28,285 nt of DNA from an uncultured Chloroflexia bacterium (GCA_963748625.1 CAVVJT010000001.1:1-28285), one strand, 5' to 3'; numbered from the stretch's first letter, positions 1-8,283 are shown. Notes: generated by a model from the letters alone, not told the origin. Made by a program: numbers and translations.

Positions 1-4
1 CAGA

Positions 5-33
5 AATGTAGCGAGATCGGCCCCCCGTGTCAA
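5..33 (-). promoter_or_regulatory. Consensus sigma70-type promoter firing leftward out of the window
   Basis: Minus strand reads TTGACA (33-28), a 17-nt spacer, then TACATT (10-5). This is a near-perfect -35/-10 in a very GC-rich background. Confidence 0.7.
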
Positions 34-38
34 ACGGC

Positions 39-64
39 CCTGCCGATCCGCCTCGGATGGCAGG
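39..64. terminator. Stem-loop downstream of the metalloprotease gene, possible terminator
   Basis: cctgcc-g-atccg / cct loop / cggat-ggcagg: 11-bp stem with one bulge, ~45 nt past the stop at 111. No clear U-tract. Confidence 0.4.
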
Positions 65-110
65 AGGTCACCGAAGGGGATTGCCCGTTCGCCCGCCCTC
101 GTACCGCGCG

Positions 111-1919
111 CTACCAGCCGGCGTGGGAGACCGTCACTGCCTCGCTCAGGTGCGCCGCGGCGTCCCGGGCGCGGATCACGACCTCGTAGCCATGCCCCTC
201 CTCGACCGGGAAGCTGAGATCGTCAGCCACCGCTACCCCGCCGCCCGCCGTGACGTCGGTCACCACCACGAGCAGGGTGGTGTCCCCCTCGTCGATGGCC
301 CACGCCCAGACGTAGGCCATGCCAGGCTCGTCCTGCCAGACCTCGGCAAACTCGAGGACCGGGTCCATGTCGGCGGTCACCGCGACGGGCGCGGAGACGG
401 CCCACTGGCCCCACTGCCCGGTGTCGTCCTGCGCGCGGACCCGCAGCCGGTAGACGTGGCCCGGGGTGGCGTCCCAGATCTGCCCGCCGTCCCACCCCGA
501 CCAGGTCGCGCCGTCGTCGCCGGAGCGCTGGATCTCCTCGGCCACGACACCTCCGATGTCGTCCGTGCTCGACCAGGGGAAGTCGATCGTCCACGCGCTG
601 GCATCCGCGTCATAGCCCGTGCGTCGCGGCGTTCCCATCTCCACGACCGGCGGCGCGTCGAGTGGGATCTCGACAAGATCCCCAGCCGTCCATGCGCTCC
701 AGCGCCCCGAGGAATCCATGACGCGGACCCGGAACTGGTAGGTGTGGCCACGGGCGAGCGCCTGCTCGGGAACCCATACGCCGGTTTCGCCACCGTTCTG
801 GACGGTCGTCCACGGGCCGCCATCGAGCGCCTGCTGGAGGGTCGCGCGCAGGACGAGCTGGTCGTCGTGCGACTGCCAGGTGACGAGGTAGTCGCCAAGC
901 ACCGGCGGCGAGACGGTGGGCCCGGCCTTGTCCACCCCGGCGAGGAACGTCGAGTTCGCAGTGTTCCAGTGGGTCGCGAGCCACGAGCCCGCGGCGGGCC
1001 GCGGGTTGAAGTAGTCGTTGCCACCACAGTCGAAGCGGTTCTTGAGCGTGCTGCCGCAGCGCTTGACCATCCGGTGGCCACCGTCGTAGTAGCACATGAG
1101 ATCCCACTCGTCCCAGCAGTGGCCGCCCGTGGAGTGTGGCGAGCCCTTCTGGACGGCGCCCAGGGTGTGCATCAGCTCGTGGGCCTCGGACGACTCGTGG
1201 CCGCTCGGACCCGACCTCGCCGACTGGCCCCAGCACGGCGCCACGACATAGGCGTAGTACGGGCCGAGGTTCGCCCGGTTGTCAGGTCCCGGCGTGCCCG
1301 CCTGCGGGGTGTCACCCTCGCCGCACGTGCCGTATTCGAGGCGCTTGTCCATCCAGACGAGGTAGTGGCGGTCCTCGCGCGACAGGCCCTTGCCGGCAAG
1401 CTCCCTCTCCCAGCCCCAGTAGTTGTTGATGGGGTTGGTGCGGACCTTGACCTTGAGCACCGAGAGCACGCAGGTGCTGCTCGTGACCCAGCGCACCCGC
1501 CGGTAGCCACCGAGGCGCGCCGCGGACGCGCGGAAGACGGTGTCGACCTGCGCCGCCCACTTGCGGATGAGTGGCGCGACCTTGCGGTAGCGGTCGTTGG
1601 TGCCCCGGTAGACGTAGACCGCCTGGACGCGGTTGCCATCAACGCCGTTGCCGTCACAGGCGATGCCCGGCGTGCCACCCGCGATGTCGGAGGTGACTGT
1701 CTCACCGGGCGCGAGGGCGGCGAGCTCGCTGATCGTCGGCCGTCGGGCGGTCCTGGTTCCCGCAGCCGGGAGGTCGGCTGCCACGCAGACCTCGGAGCCA
1801 TCGGCCCGCACGATGCAACGCTGCACGTCGGCCGCGGGATCATCTCCCGCCCGGGTGGGTGACGGTGCCGCTCCGGCGAGGATGAGCAGGGCCCCGAGCA
1901 CGGCGGCCAGCCGGGTCAT
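111..1919 (-). CDS. Secreted zinc metalloprotease-like protein (HExxH) with C-terminal fibronectin type III-like repeats, ~602 aa
   Basis: Start re-placed at ATG 1919 (MTRLAAVLGALLILAGAAPSPTRA, signal-peptide-like, GAGG upstream). Contains HELMHTLG, a Cys-rich HCWDEWDLMCY segment, and repeated Y-x-(F/L)RVRxxDxxGxW Fn3-like strands. Confidence 0.7.
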   Translation of the reverse strand: MTRLAAVLGALLILAGAAPSPTRAGDDPAADVQRCIVRADGSEVCVAADLPAAGTRTARRPTISELAALAPGETVTSDIAGGTPGIACDGNGVDGNRVQAVYVYRGTNDRYRKVAPLIRKWAAQVDTVFRASAARLGGYRRVRWVTSSTCVLSVLKVKVRTNPINNYWGWERELAGKGLSREDRHYLVWMDKRLEYGTCGEGDTPQAGTPGPDNRANLGPYYAYVVAPCWGQSARSGPSGHESSEAHELMHTLGAVQKGSPHSTGGHCWDEWDLMCYYDGGHRMVKRCGSTLKNRFDCGGNDYFNPRPAAGSWLATHWNTANSTFLAGVDKAGPTVSPPVLGDYLVTWQSHDDQLVLRATLQQALDGGPWTTVQNGGETGVWVPEQALARGHTYQFRVRVMDSSGRWSAWTAGDLVEIPLDAPPVVEMGTPRRTGYDADASAWTIDFPWSSTDDIGGVVAEEIQRSGDDGATWSGWDGGQIWDATPGHVYRLRVRAQDDTGQWGQWAVSAPVAVTADMDPVLEFAEVWQDEPGMAYVWAWAIDEGDTTLLVVVTDVTAGGGVAVADDLSFPVEEGHGYEVVIRARDAAAHLSEAVTVSHAGW

Positions 1920-2137
1920 CGCACTGCGGACCTCGTGTGTCCCCTTCGCCACGGAACGTCCTCCCACCCTGCGGGGCGATCGCCGCATGCGACGGCTCAG
2001 CACGCCTGCCCGGAGTATCGCAGGCCCGCCATGGGCCGGTATCCCCCGTCGGGGGCCGGATCCTGTCGGCGATGGTCCGGTGTGCCGTATCAGCCATTCC
2101 GGGGAACAGCGCAGGTCGTAGGCCGCGGCCGGCCCGC

Positions 2138-3937
2138 CTACCGCAGCACGGCGAAGGCGTCGAGATCTACGCGTGGCCGGCCCGCCGTCCCCACCACGAC
2201 CACCCTCACGCTGTGCGTGCCCACGGTGGGCCAGCGCTTCGCGAACGCCTGGTAGCGGTACTGCGCCGCCGTCGGGCTGCGGAGGTCGACCGTCTCCTTG
2301 TAGACGCCGTCGATGTAGATCCTGGCCTTGCCGCGGGCGGGGCCCGTCGCGAGCACGACCGACACGGCGCGACCGGTGAACGTGAGGCGCGCCGACGCAC
2401 GTGCCGCCTTCGCGGATCTCGCCGACCCGCCCGAATAGGCGGCGAGCGTGCGGGTGGTCCACGTCCTGGTGTAGTCGATCCCGGCGTAGCCCTGCTGGGT
2501 GAGACCGACGGTGACGGCGTCCGTCTCGGCCCAGGTGACGCCGGCGTTCCCGTCGCGGTCGACAGCCCTCGCCCGGAAGCGGTACGGCGTGCCGCTGGTG
2601 AGGGCCGTGTCCCAGGTGGTCGCCCCAGCCGGGAGCGCCACGGCCGTCCACGCGCCGGACCCGGACCTGCGCTGCAGCTCGTACGCGACGATCCCGATGC
2701 CGCTGCCGTCCGATCCCGAGAGGACGAGCCGCGCCTTGGGCGACTTGCCGCTGAACGCGATGCCCGACCGGAAGCCGATGGCCGGGGCGCTCGTCGTGGG
2801 GGCGACGAGGTCACGCTCGACGGCGCCGATGTCGCAGGCGCCGGCCGGTCGGGCGAGGCCGCGCTGGTCCGTGCCGCCGACGGGGGCGCCGGCGCAGGTC
2901 ATCGCGTCGCCGTTGTCGATCGCGGCCGCCCCGGTGGCGAGCAACCTGACCGTCTGCGTGGGGCCACCGTTGTCCGCGAGGCCGGCGGGGTCCAGGAGCC
3001 CGGCCGTCGCAACGCCGATCAGGTTGTGGGTGCCGGTGTCCAGGGTGGTGGCGGGATCGCTCGTGTCGCCGCCGGCGTTGCCCGCGATGATCGAGTTGCG
3101 CACGTGCACGCTCGAAGCGGCGTCGGCTGCCAGGCCGCCGATGGACCCCGACGCGCCGTTGCCGGACATGGTCACGTTCTCGACGACCAAGGTCGCGTTG
3201 CCGAAGGTCATGATCGCGCCGCCCGTCGGGGCGCTGTTGCCCGCGAACGTGCTGTTGGCGATCGAGAGGACCGCCCCGTTGAAGGCGAAGATCGCCCCGC
3301 CCTGTAACGACGACCAGTTGGAGGCGAACGTGGAGCGCACGATCGACGTGGTCGAACCCGTGTATGCGCTGATCGCCCCGCCGTGGACGGTGGCCGTGTT
3401 CCCGATGAACGAGGAGTCGCGGACGGTGAGGGTCGCGTAGTTGTCGATCGCGCCGCCGTCCATCGTGGCGATGTTGTCGCGGATGGTGCTGCGCTCGATG
3501 AGGAGCGTGCCCGAGTTGTCCACGGCCCCGCCGTACGTGCCGTATCCACCGGCCAGCGTGAGGCCTCGGAGCGTCAGCGACCCGCCGCCATCAACCCCCA
3601 GGATCGCGGTCCCGGTGGAACCTGCAACAGTGACGCGCCCGCCGCCGTCGATCACGACCGCCGTGCCGATGGCCGTCCGACCCGCCAGGGTGATGGTTCC
3701 GGCCACCGAGAAGGTGATCGTGTCCGCGCCGGCGCCCGCGGAACAGTCAGGGTTGGCCGCACTGTCAGCGCCGGCGTTCGCGAGGGCCTCCGGCAGCGTG
3801 CAGGCGTCGTCCACGGCCACCGTGGCAAGCAGGGAGTCCACGACGATCGAGGCGGCGGCGACCCGCTGCGCCGAGCCAGGCAGCAGCGTGGTGGCCAGCG
3901 CGAGGCCGGCGATGACGACGAGGAGGTGGCGGCGCAT
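2138..3937 (-). CDS. Secreted CSLREA-like / parallel beta-helix (Pmp-like repeat) protein with choice-of-anchor Q-like region and C-terminal beta-sandwich domains, 599 aa
   Basis: Signal peptide MRRHLLVVIAGLALATTLLPGSA, then VVDS...DDACTLPEAL (CSLREA-like), repeated FxxN...GGA(I/V) motifs, LADNGGPTQT and DQRG...CDIGAVE, and an Fn3-like YRFRARAVD. GGGAG RBS upstream. Confidence 0.75.
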   Translation of the reverse strand: MRRHLLVVIAGLALATTLLPGSAQRVAAASIVVDSLLATVAVDDACTLPEALANAGADSAANPDCSAGAGADTITFSVAGTITLAGRTAIGTAVVIDGGGRVTVAGSTGTAILGVDGGGSLTLRGLTLAGGYGTYGGAVDNSGTLLIERSTIRDNIATMDGGAIDNYATLTVRDSSFIGNTATVHGGAISAYTGSTTSIVRSTFASNWSSLQGGAIFAFNGAVLSIANSTFAGNSAPTGGAIMTFGNATLVVENVTMSGNGASGSIGGLAADAASSVHVRNSIIAGNAGGDTSDPATTLDTGTHNLIGVATAGLLDPAGLADNGGPTQTVRLLATGAAAIDNGDAMTCAGAPVGGTDQRGLARPAGACDIGAVERDLVAPTTSAPAIGFRSGIAFSGKSPKARLVLSGSDGSGIGIVAYELQRRSGSGAWTAVALPAGATTWDTALTSGTPYRFRARAVDRDGNAGVTWAETDAVTVGLTQQGYAGIDYTRTWTTRTLAAYSGGSARSAKAARASARLTFTGRAVSVVLATGPARGKARIYIDGVYKETVDLRSPTAAQYRYQAFAKRWPTVGTHSVRVVVVGTAGRPRVDLDAFAVLR

Positions 3938-4047
3938 AGCGGCTCCCTGGTGCGGACCGGGACCCGGCCATGGTCCCCTGTCCGGCCGTCATGTGTCGAG
4001 CGCCGCAGGTCACCCTGGACGGTGCCGACCGGGCGCCGCGACCCGCG

Positions 4048-4053
4048 TAGACT
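4048..4053 (+). promoter_or_regulatory. Putative -10 element (TAGACT) for a leaderless or near-leaderless transcript
   Basis: TAnnnT hexamer 8 nt before ATG 4062, with no Shine-Dalgarno. Confidence 0.45.
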
Positions 4054-4061
4054 CCGCGTCC

Positions 4062-4949
4062 ATGGTCCAGCCAGCATCCCGTGATCGGCGCACCGACCGG
4101 ATCCGCCTCGCCCGCGGCCGCGCGGTCGTCGAGATCGCCCCGGGCGTGGGCGGCCGGATTGCGGCGCTCGTCGTGGACGGCTGGGACCTGGTCCGCCGCG
4201 ACGGCTGGACCGACAATGAGTGGGGCATCTTCGTGATGGCGCCATGGGTCGGGCGGCTGCGGAACGCCCGCGTGGCCTGGAACGGCCGGGCATGGGAGGT
4301 TCCGGCCACCGAGCCACCGCACGCGCTGCATGGCCTGCTGGCGGCCGTCCCGTGGGCGGTGGTGGCGACGACGCGTCATGGTGTCCGCCTGCAGGCATCC
4401 CTCGGTGACGCCTGGCCCACCGGCGGCAACCTGGTCCACTCGGTCGAGCTGCTGCCCGATCGCCTGGTTCTGCGCCTGGAGGTGCACGCGGATCGTGGAC
4501 CCACGCCCGCGATCGTCGGCTGGCACCCGTGGTTCCGGCGGACGCTGGTGCGGGCAGCCGACTGGGAATCCCAGGATGGAGCCGGGATGCCCGACGCCGG
4601 GGTCGCCCCCGGGTCGGTCGAGATCGACATCCAGGCCCTGCGCCGCGTCGCGCTTGACCGCGACGGCCTTCCCACCGGCGCCTTGGCTGAGCCGCTGAGC
4701 GCGCCCGTGGACGATGTCCTCCTGGGCGTCACCGACCCGCCCGAGGTTCGCTGGCCCGGTGGCCCCACGCTCCGCCTCGAGGCGTCCGGGGAGGCCGTAT
4801 GGATCGCCTACACCGCGCACCCGGACGGCGTGTGCGTGGAGCCCGTGACCGGCCTGCCGGACGGGATCAACGGCGGCCTGTTGGGCGATACGCCGGCGGC
4901 TGTGCCGGGCAACCCCCTGGAGGCGACGTTCGAGATCGCCTGGCGCTGA
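4062..4949 (+). CDS. Aldose 1-epimerase (galactose mutarotase-like) family protein, ~295 aa
   Basis: Motifs GGRI, MAPWVGRLRN, HALHG, GWHPWF and VCVEP retain the family His/Glu residues. Start re-placed from the long ORF to ATG 4062. Confidence 0.85.
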   Translation: MVQPASRDRRTDRIRLARGRAVVEIAPGVGGRIAALVVDGWDLVRRDGWTDNEWGIFVMAPWVGRLRNARVAWNGRAWEVPATEPPHALHGLLAAVPWAVVATTRHGVRLQASLGDAWPTGGNLVHSVELLPDRLVLRLEVHADRGPTPAIVGWHPWFRRTLVRAADWESQDGAGMPDAGVAPGSVEIDIQALRRVALDRDGLPTGALAEPLSAPVDDVLLGVTDPPEVRWPGGPTLRLEASGEAVWIAYTAHPDGVCVEPVTGLPDGINGGLLGDTPAAVPGNPLEATFEIAWR

Positions 4950-5033
4950 CGCCGCTTGCTGGCACCGATCGCCTGGCGCTGACGCCGCTTGCTGGCACCG
5001 GTCGCCTGCTCTGCCCGGTCGCCTGCTCTGCCC
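4934..5033. repeat. Compound tandem repeat: 33 bp x2 followed by 17 bp x2
   Basis: gatcgcctggcgctgacgccgcttgctggcacc at 4934-4966 and 4967-4999, then ggtcgcctgctctgccc at 5000-5016 and 5017-5033. All units begin g(a/g)tcgcctg. Confidence 0.9.
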
Positions 5034-5072
5034 GGTCGTGCGCCAGCGGCAATACTCCGCGACCGCGCTGCC

Positions 5073-5166
5073 GCCTCCCTGCTCTCGGAGCAACGCCGCG
5101 ACACCCCAGGGCCGCATCCGGCGGCGATTCCTGGCGCCACCGTGCTCGCGGAGCAATGCGACGACA
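5073..5166. repeat. Two 31-bp imperfect direct repeats with an internal palindrome (REP-like)
   Basis: 5073-5103 and 5136-5166 match at 25/31 positions. Each contains a tgctc-nnn-gagca hairpin. Confidence 0.6.
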
Positions 5167-5262
5167 ACGGAGGTCTGGACTATTGCTTTGGGTGCAGGAC
5201 CCAGGCGGAGCCGGCGGGTGCGGTCCTGAGCGAGGGCGCGCCGCTGAGCGAGGGCGCCGCGC

Positions 5263-6099
5263 TCAGCGGGGCGCGGCCCGCGGGAACGCCGCGTCGTAGG
5301 CCGCGACGAGCCCATCGCCGAACGCCTCGAGGTCGCCATCCCCCACGCCGCGCCGCTCGGCCGCCCAGCGCGCCGTGATTGCGACGAACTCGGGCGTGTT
5401 GCGCCCGCGATTGCCGCCCGGCGGCGAGAGGAACGGTGAATTGGTCTCGACCAGGAGGCGGTCGGCGGGCACGAGCGGCGCCACGTCCGCCGACGCCTCC
5501 TCGCCCTTGCGGAACACGAGCCCCGAGAACGAGATCACGCCGCCCATCGCCAGCATCTCGCGGGCGTAGTCCACCGGGCCGCTGAAGCTGTGCACAATCA
5601 CCCGCGGCCGGTCGCCGAAGGCCGCCTCCCCAGCGGCTCCATCGAACCCCGCTGCCCGCAGCTCGGCCACCAGCGCGTCCTGCGCGTCGCGCTCGCCCAC
5701 GCGGGAGCGGCAGTGGAGGATCGGCGGCTTGCCCGTTGCCAGCGCCAGGGACAGGTTCCGGCGCAGGTTGTCGAGCTGGTCCGGCCACGGCGAGAACATC
5801 CGGTCCGAGTCCAGGCCCGTCTCGCCGATCGCCAGCACGCGGGCGTCCTGCGCCCAGGCCTCGACGATCGCCCAGTCGGCGGCGTCGACCTTCGCGGCAT
5901 CGTGGGGGTGCACGCCCACGGCGGCGTCCATCCAGGCCCAGCGGCTCACGACCTCGAGGGCGCGCTCCGACGAGCGGAGGTTCCAGCCCGGAACCAGGAG
6001 CCGCTCGACGCCCGCGAACACGGCGCTCCCGACGACCAGCTCGAGGTCGACGTCGAAGCGGTCGGCGTTGAGGTGGCCGTGGGCATCGACCAGGCGCAT
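5263..6099 (-). CDS. tatD: TatD family metal-dependent hydrolase/DNase, 278 aa
   Basis: DAHGHL, AVGVHPH, IGETGLD, ILHCR, IVHSF and LLVETNSP motifs. Lies downstream of metG as is common. Confidence 0.92.
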   Translation of the reverse strand: MRLVDAHGHLNADRFDVDLELVVGSAVFAGVERLLVPGWNLRSSERALEVVSRWAWMDAAVGVHPHDAAKVDAADWAIVEAWAQDARVLAIGETGLDSDRMFSPWPDQLDNLRRNLSLALATGKPPILHCRSRVGERDAQDALVAELRAAGFDGAAGEAAFGDRPRVIVHSFSGPVDYAREMLAMGGVISFSGLVFRKGEEASADVAPLVPADRLLVETNSPFLSPPGGNRGRNTPEFVAITARWAAERRGVGDGDLEAFGDGLVAAYDAAFPRAAPR

Positions 6100-6102
6100 G
6101 CG

Positions 6103-6555
6103 CTAGGCGGGGTTGAGCGCCGCGCGGATCTGCTCGACGTGCTGCAGGCGGTGCGGCGCCCGCTCCACCCAGTTGAGGCTGTCGGCGGCCCGGGCGCCCG
6201 CGACCTGCTCGTCAGTGAGGGCGGCGGCCAGGATGTCCATCGCGGCAGCGGCGTCGAGGCACAGGGCGATCGCGTCGGCCCCCGGGACCGCACGCCACGT
6301 GGGCTCGAGCGCGTCGTTGTTGCGGTTCGAGACGTCGGGCGCCACGGCGGGCGGGAGCGAATCCCCGGACTCCGCGGCGTGGCGCCAGCGGGCGGCGTGC
6401 CAGCTGTCCCAGAACGCAAGGTGGGCCAGCGCCATCGACACGGTCCAGCCGCCACCCAGGTCGGCGGCCAGGTCCTCGGCCGACAGCGTGGACGCGAGAT
6501 CCGCAAGGGCAGCGGTCGCCTCGGCATTGGCCAGCTCGGCCGCGCGCTCGCTCAT
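6103..6555 (-). CDS. DinB / maleylpyruvate isomerase N-terminal superfamily protein, 150 aa
   Basis: WTVSMALAHLAFWD and C-terminal HRLQH give the DinB His triad. ATG overlaps the metG stop (ATGA) and has a GGAGG RBS. Confidence 0.7.
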   Translation of the reverse strand: MSERAAELANAEATAALADLASTLSAEDLAADLGGGWTVSMALAHLAFWDSWHAARWRHAAESGDSLPPAVAPDVSNRNNDALEPTWRAVPGADAIALCLDAAAAMDILAAALTDEQVAGARAADSLNWVERAPHRLQHVEQIRAALNPA

Positions 6556-8213
6556 GCGGGGCCTCCTGCGGCAGCGTCGGTTTCGACAGCTTCAGTCTCG
6601 AGGCGCGGGAACAGCGGCTGCGGCGTCTCGATGACCTTGCCCGCCTCCCAGGCTGCGCCCCACTCGAGCTGCCCGAGGATGGCGGGTCCGCCGTTCCCGT
6701 CGGGCTGGTAGGCCCAGCCGTAGCCAAGCTGCTCGAGGATCCGGGGCGCCGCGGCGGGCATGAACGGCGCCACCGCGAGGCCGATGAGCCGGCAGGCCTC
6801 GACGAGGTCAGCCAGGACTAGGCGGAGTCGTGTGGCAGCGGCCTCGTCGCCCGCCTTGGCGGCCTTCGCAAGGTTCCAGGGCTGCTCGGCATCAACTGTC
6901 TTGTTGGCGCCGCCCACGAACTCCCAGAGTTCGGCGAGCGCGTCGTGGAGGCGATAGGTGGCGAGCTCGTCCTGGTACAGCCGCAGCGTGTCAGCCCAGC
7001 CCTCGGCCAGCGGGGACTCGCCCGCGGGACGGGGCGCCGGCCGCTCGCCGCCGAGGTAGCGGTTGACCATGGACACAGTCCGGTTGACCAGGTTGCCGAA
7101 GTCGTTGGCGAGGTCCGCGTTGTAGCGGCGCACGAAGCTGTCCCAGCTGACGTCGGTGTCCTTGTCGAAGGCGACCTCACGCAGGGTCACGTAGCGCGCG
7201 CCGTCGGCCCCGAAGGCGGCGACCACCGCGTGCGGGTCGAGGAAGTTGCCGCGGCTCTTGGACATGCGCTCGCCCGATACGAGCAGCCAGCCGTGGACCC
7301 AGACGTGCTTGGGCGCGTCGATCCCGGCGGACCACAGCATCGCGGGCCAGTAGATGGTGTGGAAGCGGGCGATGTCCTTGCCGATGACGTGCAGGTCCGC
7401 CGGCCACCACTTCTGGAACATCTCGATGTCGCCCGGGAAACCGGCGCCGGTGATGTAGTTAATCAGCGCGTCGTACCAGACGTAGATCGTGCCGGCCTCC
7501 GGATCCCAGGAGCCGTCCTCACGCTGGGCGGTCTGACCGTCCTCACCGATGGGGAACGGGATGCCCCAGGTGGCACCTGCGCGGCTGATCGAGAAGTCCT
7601 CGAGACCCTGGCGGATGAAGCCGAGCATCTCGTTGCGCCGATAGTCCGGTTGGACGAAGTCCGGGTTGGCCTCGTAGTAGTCGAGCAGGCGCTGCTGGTA
7701 GGCCGACAGGCGGAAGAACCAGTTCTTCTCGGTCAGGTACTGGAGCGGCACGCCCTGGTGGTTGGGGCACTGCATGCCCTCGGCCGTCTCGACCAGGTCC
7801 GACGGGGCCTTGAAGCCCTCGCCCGTGCAGTACCAGCCCTCGTAGGTGCCCTGGTAGATGTCGCCGGTCTCGAATGCGCGGCGGACCATCTCCTGGGCCG
7901 AGAGGTAGTGGTCCGGGTCCGTCGTGCGGATGAAGCGGTCCGGGCTGATGAGCAGCGCGTCCTCGGCCGAGGTGAACAGCTGCACCTTCTCGTCCACGAA
8001 CTCGCGCGGCGTCCGGCCCTGGGCCTCGGCGGCCTGGGCGATGTTGACGCTGTGCTCGTCGGTGCCGGTCAGGAACCGCGTGTCGTCGCCCTGCATCCGG
8101 TGCCAGCGCGCGATGACGTCGGCGCCGATGACCTCGTACACGGTGTGGAGGCCCGGCGCGTTGTTGGCGTAGGCAATGGCAGTGGTGACGTAGAAGCGAC
8201 GACGATCGGACAT
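6552..8213 (-). CDS. metG: Methionine--tRNA ligase (short form, no C-terminal tRNA-binding/dimerisation domain), ~553 aa
   Basis: FYVTTAIAY, FLTGTDEH, FIRTTD, IYVWYDALINY, IGKDIARFH, RMSKSRGN, DLANDFGNL, PLFPR. Start ATG 8213. Confidence 0.96.
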   Translation of the reverse strand: MSDRRRFYVTTAIAYANNAPGLHTVYEVIGADVIARWHRMQGDDTRFLTGTDEHSVNIAQAAEAQGRTPREFVDEKVQLFTSAEDALLISPDRFIRTTDPDHYLSAQEMVRRAFETGDIYQGTYEGWYCTGEGFKAPSDLVETAEGMQCPNHQGVPLQYLTEKNWFFRLSAYQQRLLDYYEANPDFVQPDYRRNEMLGFIRQGLEDFSISRAGATWGIPFPIGEDGQTAQREDGSWDPEAGTIYVWYDALINYITGAGFPGDIEMFQKWWPADLHVIGKDIARFHTIYWPAMLWSAGIDAPKHVWVHGWLLVSGERMSKSRGNFLDPHAVVAAFGADGARYVTLREVAFDKDTDVSWDSFVRRYNADLANDFGNLVNRTVSMVNRYLGGERPAPRPAGESPLAEGWADTLRLYQDELATYRLHDALAELWEFVGGANKTVDAEQPWNLAKAAKAGDEAAATRLRLVLADLVEACRLIGLAVAPFMPAAAPRILEQLGYGWAYQPDGNGGPAILGQLEWGAAWEAGKVIETPQPLFPRLETEAVETDAAAGGPA

Positions 8214-8222
8214 GGTCAGCCG

Positions 8223-8231
8223 ATGGTAGCA
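8223..8231 (-). promoter_or_regulatory. Extended -10 (TGcTACCAT) upstream of metG, near-leaderless
   Basis: Minus strand reads TGC-TACCAT-cggctgacc-ATG, with no Shine-Dalgarno. Confidence 0.5.
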
Positions 8232-8283
8232 GCGTGCTGGAGCACGGCGGCGCGTGGCCGCGGGCTGGGATGCCGGCCGAGGA

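Noticed and set aside
27-1862. Long antisense and alternate-frame ORFs here and throughout (e.g. 1937-3307, 8254-9867, 10088-11695, 13863-15416, 23992-25566)
   Set aside because: These are shadow ORFs expected at very high GC. They overlap well-supported genes and have Arg/Pro/Ala-rich composition without motifs.
4934-5166. CRISPR array
   Set aside because: The repeats are directly adjacent or occur only twice, there are no unique spacers of regular length, and there are no cas genes.
5226-5257. ctgagcgagggcgc repeated twice after tatD
   Set aside because: A short duplication that also pairs with gctcag at the tatD stop. It is probably part of a terminator hairpin and too short to call separately.
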